A DNA stretch of 53,808 nucleotides, the filler included, from Sphacelaria rigidula (lineage: Eukaryota): the NCBI GenBank assembly GCA_964200075.2. It is 4 parts of 4 records of this genome, joined end to end, with 100 filler letters (N's around TTAATTAATTAA, not from the genome) between each part and the next. Parts side by side here need not be neighbours in the genome. Positions count along the whole stretch, not along the records: positions 26,957 to 40,332 come from CAXNAA020002926.1; positions 40,433 to 53,808 come from CAXNAA020002927.1; 2 more parts are not named here. One strand, written 5' to 3'. The position numbers and the translations under genes were made by a program. Positions 32,002-45,129 of this stretch are shown here, one piece after another. Every line of letters starts with the position of its first letter. Positions within the stretch are counted from its first letter, which is position 1. The notes below the pieces were generated by a model, which saw only the letters and a list, made by a program, of their open reading frames with translations, searched no databases and had not been told where the DNA came from.

Positions 32002-34125
32002 GGCAACAAGGTCGTCAAACTGCAGAATATGGAGGAGGAGCTCGACGCTTTCGAGTCGGAAGTTTACGCCAGCATAGAGATGAAAAGGGCGAGCACTCCC
32101 GGCGTGGCGCATGTGTTGGGATACGTGAAGAACTACGACGGCTACAACAGCGCTATCATTTTTGAAAACGGCGGAAGGTATTCTGTAGGTGTAGTTGGTG
32201 CTGTAAGGGTGTTTGGCTTGGTAAACACATGCTTGTGAGGAATGCGCACAACCGCGGAATGCGTACATGACCGCCCTCTGCATTTTGGCATTCACGCCAT
32301 GCTGTCTGGGGTGAAAAGAAGTCTTGAGAAAGTGATCCTCCAGACATCCAAGTATGGAGAGCTTGCGTGAGGCAGGGATTGAAATGCCTGTCGTGGGTCA
32401 TGCACTCGTAAGACCAGAAGTTTTGAACTGCTTGCTGTTACGTGGCAACGGCGAAACCCGCCGTCCGTTAGATTGGGCACATCCCGACCCGAGGTATCGA
32501 TGGTCCTGGAAGATGCAGTTTCGACTGCCAGAAATTCGTTTTCCCCAGGATACGTTCACACCCATGCATTCCCCCCTCCGCGTCTGCGCCTTCCTCCGTC
32601 AGTCACCAATTCCACCAGTTCAAGGAGAACAGTCGCACCGCCATCATGTCGTCAGCAAGTGTGATGGACATCCTCATGCAGGCAAGTTCCCCATTTTGTG
32701 GCATCTGTATCTTGACTGGGCCTCGTTGATGTTACCGACGACCTTTATCGTCCCTTGCGCGCTCTTGGCGCTGTTTCGACCATGTGCCTGAGAACGTTAC
32801 TCTAGCGTTGCCATTCGTTTCCACGCCACATGAGTACACCGTGACACCGGCGTGGACGATTTCCCGCCGGCTGACGAAGAACGCGTTGCCACGTGCCCGC
32901 CCGCCGGCCATCGCCCTCAACTCGGTTTACTCGTCTCTCGCTGCTGCTGACGCCGCAGGTACTCAACACTCTGATGCATATTCATCTCACGACGGACATC
33001 ACCCATGGAGATGTCGCCGAGCACAATATCGTGTACTCGGTGGACACAGTCGACGGCACCCCGAAGCACCTGGCTACCCTCGTAGACTTTGGGAATGCGG
33101 CATTTAAGGATGTAAGTCTACTTGGCGCCTTAGTTGAAGAGCGCACGCGGGGCCAATACCAGTTCGACGTAATAGCGTTTTGTAGAGTGGTATCATGTGC
33201 AGACAGGTCACGTTGTGTGGGGAGGCAGTGCGGTATCACGATTCGGTGGTGCGGCTTCAGGTCTCCCTGTACAAAAACGAGGGCCAACCTCATCATATCC
33301 CTCATCTTGGCGTACTAATGCACGCTAAATTTATGCGCGCTTTACAGTGCACGTTGGCATGTTGGAGATGGCCATCCTCTGCCATTGTGCCACGAAGCCC
33401 GTGCGAGGGTGAACAGCTATTCGCTTACCGTGACCCCTTCCCTCGCCCGTCTTTGCGTGTGTGCTGTTGCCAGGACGAAGGCACATTCGCGATCCCCGAG
33501 CGGGTCACGCCGCGCACAGTTGATCCGTTTATGGTGAGCATGTGTTGTACGAAACAAGAAGTGTTCTCCGCGTGCAAGCGAACGTCGTTCTTGATTGGAT
33601 GTTTTTGCTGGATCTCGTTCTAAAACAATATGGCCGACAACAGTAAGTCGTGGTGCTGCGTGTATGTATGTGCGTAATTGTTTGATTATGTGGCATATTC
33701 CACTCCAAGACTTTATTGTTTCGCCGGCTCGCATGGCTCTGCTGGAGAGAGTGCCACCAAACACAACAGATCGTTCTGATTTGGAACCGTGCTTCCGCAG
33801 TGCAAACGTCATTGGGATGGAGACCGGCGTGCTTGCCGTTCGCTTGATGCGGTTTTGCGAGTGATGGTGATGATGGTATAGCACGACAGATTGCTCACAC
33901 CGTCTGGCCCGGTGTGCCGTCCGCCGCAAACTCAACAGTATCTAATGAACACGGCAAAGAGGTCCGAGGCATTCCCCGAGCCCCGATGGGGCTCCTTCGG
34001 AAAGGACGGTTGGATGACTGATGCCTATGCTGTGGGGAAGATGATCGCCGACCACAAAGGGTGGACCATCAACCACTTGGCCGGCCTCCAGATGATGCCG
34101 GAGGACCTGAATGAGAGAGACAGGG
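32002..34125 (+). CDS. Spliced non-RD protein kinase gene (partial; possibly a pseudogene)
   Basis: AG/GT-bounded exons: 32002-32177 (VVK lysine, alphaC ESEV), 32959-33111 (HGDVAEHN, LVDFG), 33474-33533, 33939-34125 (FPE; TDAYAVG). The exon near 32320-32407 seems to contain a stop or frameshift. Start and end not located. Confidence 0.7.
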
Positions 34126-35355
34126 GTGAGTTGCGCGCGCATGCTCCGAACCTCCCGCGCGACCAAGTCTTCTTCGAGACGTGACAAGAAGGCGCCACCG
34201 GTAGACAGAGTACTCTAGTTGGAGAGATGCGGCAGTTCATCGATTCATTCGCACTTTTTCTACCGGAGATGTTCGCCTTTGCCGAGCTTGCCTCGCATCG
34301 CGCGCGATGGCGCTTTTCGCGTACTCGATTTTTCAGCTGGGTATTGACATCCACCAGCGAACCTTGCAACGTAAGTACATTGGTTAGCTTTGAAAAGATT
34401 TCGCAGGTCATCTGCCATCCTCACTCGAGAGTACGAGAATCGGTACGGGTCGGTAAAAGAGCGCACATATTTTCCTATCTTGTCTCGTCAAGGCACCACG
34501 AAGCAAACGCCCACCTATGGGAGAGTGGTTATGAACCATACTGTATCCGAAATTGCGATTTTTCGGCTGAAGCGCAGTGAAATAGCCAGAAAATTTCCAC
34601 CTCAACAATCGGGATCTCTTCAATGGAGCAAAAATACCAGGGAGTCAGAGCCTGGGGCTGTACACTCGTAGGACCCCCGACGACCGGTTCGTCCATGAAT
34701 CATCTGAAATTCACCCTAGCACGCACGTCCTTTCCGATGAATTGTATCGAATACTACCATCTCCCGATCTTCAACTCGTGGATCCTAACTAAGTTCATCA
34801 AGGTGAGTTATGGTCATCGAAAAACCTAAAAATATCGCCTTCAGTCGAAACTTGCGTCCTGATGATGGCTACTGTAGGGCCCAGCTCACAACATGCGCTC
34901 CTCTACTTCCCGTTGCCCCCCCGCCGGGTTGTGTTGCTTCTTCGACAGATCTGTTCGAACTCCTCTCACACCTGGTGGCGCTAAAGGTGACAGAGCGCTG
35001 GAGTGTGCCGGCCGTTTCGCGCTCTACATATTACAGGGTGCGTACTGTCGTCAGCATGGAGGGCACGGGAGGTGCTGCTCGTTCTCCAACTATTCATGCC
35101 CACTTTGTTCCGATTCCCAATGCAGGGTGTGCCGTCATACGATGGGCTACCTACATGGCGTGTGGTCTGTTCAGCTCGTGTGTGCTGCCTATGTCAATGC
35201 GACACTAGAGACAGATCGTGTATGACATCGAGATTGCGGAGGCAAAGTAACTATTCATCGCCCCGTGATCATGCTCTTCCCTCGCCGCGTCGCTTCGCTT
35301 TGAGCAGGGTTGGTGCGGAAGTACCCACAGTGACGCACCTAAGGTCACCCCGGCA

Positions 35356-36087
35356 TTGCTACAGAAAGTTTCGGACATGTCGGCGGCCGCAGCGTCGGGA
35401 AAGCCCATGATGCACGAGGGCGGCGAACGGCCACGGGTCGCGGAACTCAGCTCCGACCCACCCGGAAATGATTCTTCGACCGACTCCGACACGCCTAGGC
35501 AAGGCAGTAGTATGGTGTTGAGAATGGGGTCTTTTGGTGGTGGGAAGGAAAGCGGCGGGAGCACACTTGACAGCAACAGGAACAGGCGTGCCACGAGACA
35601 GAATAGGGGCCAGACCGCATCGACGGGAGGAGTTGGTGGGCGTTGGCAAACCTTGGGTGCCGCGCGGACACGACAGGGCGCCGCCGCAGCACCTATGGAA
35701 GGACCCACAGCATCGGCGGCCGGATCGAGGAAGAAACGCCGACGGGCGGATGGAGAGGGAGAGGGGGGATGCCGAAAGCCAAAGCGCGCTGCTCATGTGA
35801 CCCGGTCCGTGGCGAGGATGGAACACCGTCAGGAATCGAGCGTGGGAGCAGGAGCGGCGGCGGTGACGGCGATCCCCACATCGCCCGAGGATCTCCGAGC
35901 AGAAAAGAAGGGAAGGCGCCAGACGCCAAAGTGCGTTGCTCGTGTGACCGCGTCCGTGGCAACCATGCGCAGAGCTCAGGATTCGGCGACGGTAGCGAGG
36001 CCCATGATGCCGGAGGACGTCGGAGCGGCGGCAGCATTGGCGGAGGACTTCGAAGCAGTACCGTCGGCACAGGAGACGGTGTGTTGA
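35356..36087 (+). CDS. Low-complexity basic ORF with an internal ~147-nt duplication; possibly the last exon of the kinase gene
   Basis: 243-aa ORF, NLS-like RKKRRR, repeated KPKRAAHVTRSVA / TPKCVARVTASVA. Confidence 0.3.
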   Translation: MLQKVSDMSAAAASGKPMMHEGGERPRVAELSSDPPGNDSSTDSDTPRQGSSMVLRMGSFGGGKESGGSTLDSNRNRRATRQNRGQTASTGGVGGRWQTLGAARTRQGAAAAPMEGPTASAAGSRKKRRRADGEGEGGCRKPKRAAHVTRSVARMEHRQESSVGAGAAAVTAIPTSPEDLRAEKKGRRQTPKCVARVTASVATMRRAQDSATVARPMMPEDVGAAAALAEDFEAVPSAQETVC

Positions 36088-38513
36088 TAGATTTTGAATC
36101 TTGTTGAGGCGCATTGGTATGGCAGAAGACCGTGATAGAGTAGTGCGATCTCCCGTGCGAATCGACGAAGTCGCGCTGTCGTTCTTCTTCTGCAGGTATA
36201 GCGTCTACAGGGGAGCCCGCCGTGTAGTTTTTACCCGAAGAGCTCCGTCGTCCTTCTCGATTGACTCCTTGAGCTTGTGATAGGGAGCGGCTTGTGCTTT
36301 ATGCAGTCCCGTAACTTTAACCAGTGGTCAAACAACTAAGGCAAGCAGCAAATGAGTACACCCCCGTAGCTTTAATCGTATTGTGGTATATTTTTTGCAA
36401 TGCCTCTCCCATATTTGACTACCATATTTGTCGCAGTCCGCAACATCTTGAAGGAAGCCCGTACGGAGTCTAGTGAAAAGCTCATTTCCCGTCGTCCCCC
36501 ACCACGCTCTTTCTCGTTTCTTGCTCAAGTCTCTCTCAGCATGTGTTGGGGTACTTTGAACCGCAAACATAGCCTGAGAGGTAGAGGTTCTAGCATCAAA
36601 CCCGGCTTCGTCTAAGTCCGATATCCTGATAGAGTTTCTTGAATAGAGAGCAGGGTTGTCTTCGTCTTCGTATGATTTCACAAGAGGCGAAAACGGAATA
36701 CATACGACGCCAAGGAGCGGACAAAAAGACTATAACAAGTACTAGAGGTGGAACCTAAAACAGTGTAGTGCGGCGAGAACTAGCAGCGCACCTTTTCTTC
36801 GCACCCCATATTCGCATCTTTTTTCGTGCACACACGATGCCCCTCCTATCGACTGGTCGGTAGTTGTGATGTGTGCATCTCAATCACTGCTTGTGTTTGC
36901 CCGCTGCACACATGCTCGTGCAAAGCAATGAATAAAGAACGAAAGTAGTAACTGTGCTTACAGAAGCGACGAAGAGCAGCGGGCGAAATTGTACAAGGCT
37001 CGGTAGATTTGCCTGTTTATTACATGCCGTCTCTGCCATGGCCCCTAAACCTGCCTCCCCTTGCCCCTGTCATATGTTGGCCACTCTCAGTGGACAGGGA
37101 GGAGGCGGCGGATGACGGCACAGACGCGCGCGCGAAGCAGGCTGGAGACCGGTCGAGGGGGCAGCAACCCACACCCCCTGCCACGTGAGTGTCCGACACT
37201 GATTGCGTCGACCTTGTCTACCGGTCTTCAATAGCGCTTGGTTTTGAAGGTGGAGTTTGATGGTGGCATGGCACGATCGCCTGTAACCCCTCCAAAAGGC
37301 GTTACTGTGGATCATGACTTCTTATGGCGTTTTTTTATAACGTTCCGAAAACATGGTCGTGGTTTGAACATTTGAGTAGCCAAGCCCCGAAGAATCGAAA
37401 AAATGTACAAGACGGAAAAAGGAGAAAGGACGAAGAAGCTCAGGTCACACATTGCTATTAGTACTCATGGTGTTGCCGTAATACGACAATAGCAAACAAG
37501 ACACAGGCAGCGAGAAATATAGAAAATCGAAGTTTATCCCAATTGTCGTGGTTGATGACCCTAGAACGCCAAAACTAGAGACTACTAGCCCCCCCTCCCC
37601 CCCCCCAGTAGTGAAAACCGAAATATGGTGAGTGCGAATCGTGAGTACAGGCACCGTGTACATGTGTGTGAGGGCTAGCTCATGATCCAAAAGATGGTAT
37701 GAAGAAACTCGTTTTTTTCACCGCTAGTCATGCATGGTGTTCGTAAGATAAATATATTCTTTTGGTGATGCTAGTAAAGGAAGGGAAACTCAAAACCGCC
37801 TCCCGCTCTCCGTCAAACAAAATACCGTGGTTAGGCTTGCTCAAAATTTGTGATCAGATGCTTCAAAACGATCCAAGGATGTCTCTTGCCGGAGCTGAGG
37901 GGTGTTCCCAGAACCGGAGAAACCTTCCAACTTCAGGCTTCTTCTTGTTTGGAAATGTGACGGGAATCGGCAGACCTCCTCTAATCCGAGAGTGGACATG
38001 TTTGGAACTTCGGATAGCCTTTGATAACAGCTTTCCACAGGTCGGACGAGTCGTTACTAGTTTGGACGAGTGCACTCGTGGGTGTTTTTCCAAAACACAA
38101 CGAGCATGACTCGAGTGCTCACCCTATTAATTTTTCCGAAACGAGCAATGACTCGAGTGCTCGTCCTATTCATTTTTACGGCCAACAAGCAGCCAACGAG
38201 TGCGAGTGCCACGAGTCACACTCGTGCTCGTCCGAGATGCTTGTGGCGACGAAAAACATGGGGTGGTATCCAAGACACTCTCCACCAAGATTTACAGGTA
38301 AGCCTACGATCTATCGTCTATACCCTGCGCCCATTGATGTATCATCACCACCCTCACCTGCGCCACGAGGGATGACATCATTTCGTCCCCACCTCAAACA
38401 CGCTCAGCCGTCGTTACGCATGAAAATTGGTGACCATAAAAACACGTGCGAGGTAGTACCGGAGCGTACACAGTGCACCCGTCTGATTCATGGGTCACCC
38501 CGCCGACCCGTGG

Positions 38514-38551
38514 GGGGCGGCTTTAGGTTCATATGAACCTAAAGCCGCCCC
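38514..38551. repeat. Perfect 38-bp palindrome
   Basis: GGGGCGGCTTTAGGTTCAT|ATGAACCTAAAGCCGCCCC with no loop. Confidence 0.95.
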
Positions 38552-39104
38552 AACACATCCTCGCCGGTCGGATGCTGTTCTCTTCGTGCTTCCATTTTAA
38601 GGGTAGACGACGATACTCTCGAACACGTGACAGGTACTGCTAGAAACGTCTACACTCTACCCGGTTGGTTTACGCCGACCCCCTCTCCGCTTCCGCCGAC
38701 GTAGGTGGAATAATTCACAAGTTGTTTAGGGTAGGGTACTGCCCCTAAGCCACCGAATCCTAGATATCATCCGATCGTACACCTGACACCGGTTGGGACG
38801 GAAGCTATAGCAGTGCGGTAGAAATCCGGCAGACGTGGGTTGGTTTCGTTTTATTTTTTTTACAGGCATCTGATTTCCGTCGTTGCAAACGTGAGGGTGT
38901 ACGTAGTGAAAGGCGCGTTTGACGATAGTCGACACGGTGCGGGAGTGCTCATCCAATCCACGACACCAAATTGTACGGCATGTTGCGAGGAAAGATGATC
39001 TTGGGACTACAGACTCATGCCGAGAAAAAGGGGTAGGTGTCGTCATGACGCAGAACAAAGAGAGTAGTACCGGTTATTCCAGGGTAGCTCGGTGGGCATC
39101 GCGA

Positions 39105-39925
39105 CCGCCGAAAATACCAAGTACTCTAAGATACCCGGAGTATAATCTGCCGAGAGCACAGAGTATTTCAGGGTACCTCGGGTATCAACCGCCGAAAGTG
39201 CGGGGTATTCCAGATTACCTGAGGTACCGACTGGCTTGAGCACCGAGCGTCCAGGGATCTATTTCACCACACGGTAGTGTGTGGCGGAAATGATGTGAAG
39301 CGCGACATCAAGTCGTGCTCGAGGTGTAGCAGCAGGGTGATGCCACGACATGGGTGCACAAAAGATATATCGTCAGCTCCTCTACATCTCATCCAAAAAA
39401 TGATTTATGTAGAATGTGAAAACGCCGCCCGAGTAGTGATCTAATGGGATAGGGATATCCTGACATTACGTTTGCAACGGACACGCCCTGGCCAATACTT
39501 CTGGTGGCTCCTAAGTTCAGGAGCCCCGACATGAGAAACGTTTGGGGCAAATATGTGCACCCCTACTGTGTCATGGTTCAGCAGTGACATGGCTCAGAAC
39601 CCCCGAGAGGGTACAAAGGTAGCGAGACTACCCGAACGTGAGGAAATATTTTGCTGCTCACGTATCTCGCGGCAGAACCTCGAGTGTTGAGGGCTATTGC
39701 AGTACCCAATATCCCTGGGCAGCCAGAGTGGCGACTGCAGAAATACCTGTGGGCTGTAGGGGGGCTGGGATATTTTCTATCGTGCCGGGTGTATCAGTAC
39801 CGAACGTACCGAATATTCCGGGGCATTTGGAGCATCGGTTGCCGACGTTACGAAAGTATTCCAGGGTATTTAGCGCGCCGAATGCCGGAAAAAGAGAGTA
39901 TTCCAGGGCACCCGGGGATATTGCC
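39105..39925. repeat. Two patches of degenerate ~41-nt repeats (39105-39240 and 39690-39925)
   Basis: Recurring GCCGAAA...AGTATTCCAGGGTACC-like units. Confidence 0.5.
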
Positions 39926-40332
39926 ATCCCACAGTGTCGTATCCGAAGCGCTTCTCCAAAGATCATTTGAAATCGCTTCATTTTTCGAACATTCTGACGC
40001 GGGAGTGTTAATCACCGTACGCTTGTGGTGTGGGTGGGTTGCGAAGCCCTGAGCTCGTGAATATAGTCGCCACAGCGTCTGCACTGTACCGTATACGCCA
40101 CTGGCGTAGCCAGGGATATTGCTGTTGCGAGATTAAACGGCAGGTATCATCTCCAGTAGATACTACCTCCTCGGGGTTGCTAGTTCTTCATTTCCAACGG
40201 AACCATGCGCGTCTAACTCAAATACAAGTATCAGTGTGCTCTATATTCTCACTCTTGTCGTTCACGAAATTGTTTCACGGTTAGGACAAATCATCACGAC
40301 TCAAAATCACCAAATTCACGATTTCTTCGGCC

Positions 40333-40432
40333 NNNNNNNNNNNNNNNNNNNNNNNNNNNNNNNNNNNNNNNNNNNNTTAATTAATTAANNNNNNNNNNNN
40401 NNNNNNNNNNNNNNNNNNNNNNNNNNNNNNNN
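40333..40432. other. Artificial spacer N44-TTAATTAATTAA-N44
   Basis: Identical linker. Confidence 0.97.
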
Positions 40433-42930
40433 CGATGCTGCAGTGATTCTAAAAACAAGAACACTTTCTGATGACAATTCTAGAGGGTGACGATATGAAA
40501 TCCGCGCGGAGGCAGGAGTAGATCTTGCCATCCTTGCTATTTACATCGGCCATCTCTTGGTTGAGGCTGGAATCAAGGCGGGAAATAACCACCACTTAAG
40601 GTTCTCCATATGTTAGAGGCAGATGCCCTTGGGTTTTATACGCCGTGCCGAGCAAGACGCGGCCGCACGACGCAGCTAAGGGAAAGAGTGCCTGCTGTCA
40701 AGGACCACTGCGGATCTGTTCGGGCAGGGGGCAACGTCTCCTCCCTCACAGTGCCAGACTTAGCGTGGCCGTTACCACGACGGTCGGAAAAAGACAGGGG
40801 TAGTTGCTGTAGTTTCTTTCCTCAGGATCAATCGGATATTCTTCAGTGGTGTGCTCCCACGTGAAGATATTCACCTTTCCCTGGCGGGCGCTTGATCACC
40901 CTTGTGCAGAATTTTCACTTGGTTCCAGAATCGGACAGGCTGTGAGTTGCAATTTGATTTTTTTCACCGATGTATCGCGGGTATTCTAGCCTTGTCGAGG
41001 CGTGGCTCGCATCGTACAGTCAGTACTACAGTACTCGTTGTACTGGCACTAAAACACACAGTGTCAACTTCGTTGGGTATTACCGTGCGCGGATACATAT
41101 CGCGCACTAAGCGCTTCCCTCTTTCGTAGTGATATGCATCCTTTTTCATCCGGTTGCCAAACGCGCGAATGCTGATCTGTAGCGCCAGTTATCCGTGCTG
41201 ATGTGGAGACCTCTCTTCCAAGCAGCTTCTCTAGTCTCACCATATGTTAAGCCTTAAGAGTATGACCCTCTCCAATTGACGCGATGGATGGTGAATTATA
41301 ATTTCAGTACGATGCCTCCATAATATTGAAAAGGAACAACACTGTTTGCCTCCTGACAGTCCCGAAGCTCCCACGAGTCCGGCCATCTATCCTCATCTAC
41401 CGACATACTGTAGATGGTATCATACCACGTTCGACGGTACAAACGTTAATACCAGTTTATAACGAGATGGTGCTTCTGTGCACAAGAACCTAGAGCGCCC
41501 TCCGCGCTGCTGTCTATCCTGGTCCAGCGAAGGCTTTAAAAGAGGTGAAGCAGTCAGGCAAGTGCACAGTACAGTATCATGGTAACATCGTACCCGTGCG
41601 TGGAGTATATTGCTCAGGGTGATTAGATTTTCACCCTTTATTTTCTCAACAACTGCTGCGGCGGACGTGTCGCCGAGAGGTGAGCCTTTTTGCAGGTACT
41701 TTTGAATTTTGTCAATAGCGCACTTACCGCGCCTAACACACACACTTTGGATGAGGGCAGGCAAAACCTCGTTGACCATTCGTTTAAGAACAGTGTGACC
41801 CGGCACGCATACGACCCTCGGTTACCACCTGGAGATTGACGTGAGCGCATTTGAAGCAGCCTCCTGGCTCATACTTGCAATTCCAATCTCTCACCTACTC
41901 TAGTACACACATGCAGCTTCAACCAACGTCATATAGACAGGTACTGCACCCCAAAGAGCGGCGATGGCACAGAGTACCGTCGACCACATTCCGACATGAA
42001 CTCAAAGAGCAGCAAAAACCAAAGAGTACCGTCGGCGCACTATATGCTGATCCCCGGACAGCGTGGTGAGAACGGCAGGCAAAACAGCAGTGAATCGGAT
42101 GGAATTCCCTCACGATCGCGTGCTCACAATCCCGCGGATACTCCCAGGACGACAGATACGTACAAACACTGCAAGTGATGCAGGCTCCTCAACAACGGAC
42201 GCACCAGCCTGTCAAACCCTGCCATGAACGTCCCCCCCGCGCCACTTATTCCGTTTACGAGCTGGGCCAGCTGACAGTGATTTTTTTTAACGAAGAGTGG
42301 AGATGCCATTGGTGATTCGAAGAGTCAGGCGCTGAAATTTTGACACGACATCTCTATTATCAACGCGCGCAACCGTAGTGGGGGTGCAAAGGAAAAAAAC
42401 AAGGAAGGAAGTTGGAGCGAGTGAAGTTTCAGGACAAACAGTAAAAATGTTATAACTTCCTTAAAAAAATCATAAAAACGATGACAACGCTCCAGCACAC
42501 ACGGGCACTTGCGTCGACGACATTCTGGTAAAGTTTCGGCCAAAATACCTCAAATTGGGCGCGGTTTGGCACTTTTTGTGTGACACGGCCGACCCCCTTC
42601 ATTCCAAGTGATGCAGGAGATTCCAATGATGGAGGTCATGAGTTCGAATCCCGACAAATTCTCTTTTTTTGTCGTCCGTCGTTAATGTTATATAATATGC
42701 TATACATTTTTTTTTTCTTCACTCAGCGGCGGTGCCGTGTGTTACCAGGTTGGTCTGCACTTCACAGCGATATGCTCGCATCGCGCTGATTTAGAAAACT
42801 TTGGAAGTTGTGGTGTGGAAAGCGATTGCGGGATTTACTGCTGGCCCAGCTCGTAGAGCCCCGGGCGGTTGGTCACGAGCGACGTTCGAATGAAAAGCTA
42901 ACCGAAAACAACTACGAATTAACGAGTATT

Positions 42931-43489
42931 GCAATATTGCACACGTAGGACAGCTCATGGGCTAGCTCATCTGCGGGCCGTAGCTCACTTGTAGTCAAAC
43001 ATATGCATGTAAGCTACGTCCGATAGCTCACCCAGGACGAATATGAGCTGATGAGCTATAATACGAGTTGGTAGCTCACGCAGGACAAAGATGCGTAGCT
43101 CATACAGCTCTCATAGCTTACCCAGGGAGAATCTGAGCTGATGAGCTACGGGTTGGTGGCTCATCCAGGGCAAACATGCGCAGCTCATGCAGCTCTCATA
43201 GCTCACCCAGGGCGGATATGAGCTGATGAGCTACGGGTTGGTAGCTCACCTATTGCAAACGTGTGTAGCTCATACAGCTCCCATAGCTCACCCAGGACGA
43301 ATCTGAGCTGATGAGCTACGGGGTCGTAGCTCACGTAGGGCAAACATGTGTAGCTCATACAGCTCTCGTAGTTCACCCAGGGCAAACATGCGCAGCTCAT
43401 GTAGCTCTCATCGCTCACTATGGAGCTACGCTAAAAAGGAGCTAGCTCGAGCCACGGGGAGCTGATCTGTTCGACGTGTGCAATATTGC
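42931..43489. mobile_element. Non-autonomous TIR element filled with AGCT-rich ~80-nt tandem repeats
   Basis: GCAATATTGCACACGT (42931-42946) and ACGTGTGCAATATTGC (43474-43489); ~4-5 internal units of TAGCTCACCCAGGACGAATATGAGCTGATGAGCTACGGG. Confidence 0.75.
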
Positions 43490-43580
43490 CTCGGGAAAAC
43501 CCAGCTCTCGGTGAAACCTTCGAGAGGAACCCGATTCCCGGGGAGAATGCCTCGGCAGCAGCGCTGTGCGCCTCATATTG
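43484..43580 (+). repeat. Dispersed repeat, second copy at ~48641-48745
   Basis: GCCTCGGGAAAACCCAGCTCTCGGT..CCCGATTCCCGGG..CTCGGCAGCAGCGCTGTGCGCCTC vs GCCTCACGAAAATCCGGCCCTCGGT..CCCGATTCCTGGG..CTCGGCACCAGCGCTATGCGCCTC. Confidence 0.7.
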
Positions 43581-44199
43581 GTCGGTCCTTCGATCGAGAT
43601 TGATTTTCGCACCTTACTGATCTCTCAGGGATCCAGCTGTGATCACGTGATAGACTTACCTGAGAATAAAACAGATCAGAAACACTCGCTGAAGAAATAT
43701 AAAAGAAAACTAGAGGGTGGAACAGAACAGACTAATGTAAGAAAGATGGAAAGGAAATTCAAAACAAAAGACAGAGAAAAAAAATAGAAGTGGTCGGTCT
43801 CTGCAGCATGGCTTCGGTGGAAAACATCGTGCGCAAAACTCACGCTCATACCTGATCGTGAAGGCTAACAAAAGGCCGTGGCAATAGATTGCGGCTAATC
43901 TATTTCGACCTCATTATTTTGAGTATGAAGCTCTCATCCAATAACCCTAAGGAAGCGGCGTAAGCGAGCGAGGCACCAAACTGCTACTTGAATACACTGG
44001 GAGGAAATAGCACACACGTATAGAGAGAGAGATAAGGAGAACAGATAGAACAGAGAAGCATGAGATTTCAGACGAACTGTAAGTCATGGTACCATAGAGC
44101 AAGTACAAACACACACCAGGGAGCAAGGAGCACCATGAAACCGCCGACAGAGGAAAAATTCAGCAACCGATAGGATATAACAGAATCGATAGGAAAAGA

Positions 44200-44640
44200 A
44201 AGGGGTACACCAGTGTCTGTGTTGGCCCAATTTCTCGCATACGCCGCTAGTAACAATACGAGCCATTCTCTCGGTCATGTCCACCTTAGGTTCCTCGCGA
44301 GCTGTTGCTGTTGTGCTATCGAGGGCATTTCTCCGATTGCCGACCCCCGACGCAGGAGCCTCTCGTTCGTGACGGCGGTCCGATTCTCGTTCGCCTTCGC
44401 GTCGCAACGTGTCCTCGACCTCTTCCGCTTCTTTCTCGAAACGAAGTTTCCATTTGCGCATATGTTCTTCGCCGCAGGGACCCAATCGTGTGTGTCGTAA
44501 ACCTCTAAACGGTAGACGAAGCATTTCCGTCACGCTCCTTCGCGCGGAAGAGCCCCTAATGCACGTGAGTTCTCCTGGAAGTTGTCTCCAGAGTGTTTGG
44601 GGGGGCGGGCAGCTCCCTTGTGCCCTTGTGCGACTACAGT
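44200..44640 (-). mobile_element. Possible old RTE-like LINE 3' remnant
   Basis: ARPPN..; KWKLRFEKEAEEVEDTLRREGERESDRRH loosely resembles the RTE ORF C-terminus. Confidence 0.35.
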
Positions 44641-45129
44641 AGTGGGCGGTCTAACTATTCATTTTGTGGCATTCTGTGATTTTGTCGTATTTGGCGATTT
44701 TCTTGGTCTGTTTTCGCTTGTCACCGCTCATCACATCGAAGGTCTGAAGATATTTGTATGCATTCCATATACCATGAAAAAAATATTATGTACGTAGTAT
44801 TGAGTGACTGACGGGCTGACCGGTCATCGGGGGTCCAGCCATGTTTCAGCCCAGATTCTTACCGTTCGGTATTTACGGTCGTTCGAGCCTGTCCCGATCA
44901 TATTTGTGAAGAAATGTACAGTTTTATTTTTTTGAAAGTCTACCTACTCCTTGCACTAGAGCCGAAAAACTGTGTTTCACGCTCGAAAACACCCTCCTGA
45001 TAAACGAGGTATTTACTCGTACCACCCGATGACACAAACTAACACTGACTTAGGCCCTTTTTTCGAGGGTGATCTGTTTATTGTACCAAGTCTACAGACG
45101 CTAGCAATTTCGAGTTATATCAAAGAGTA

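Noticed and set aside
36328-36681. Copia RT fragment on the minus strand
   Set aside because: Only a vague W..GF.Q..AD resemblance; no LYGLKQ or YVDD.
40440-42310. Minus-strand exon-like fragments, possibly a transposase or decayed gene
   Set aside because: Interrupted by stops with no recognisable motif; no product can be supported.
42625-42660. tRNA gene (GAGTTCGAATCCC, box B-like)
   Set aside because: Only a T-loop-like motif; no acceptor stem, D-arm or box A found. At most a SINE remnant.
43000-43430. CRISPR-like array
   Set aside because: The whole unit repeats, including the would-be spacers; it lies inside a TIR element.
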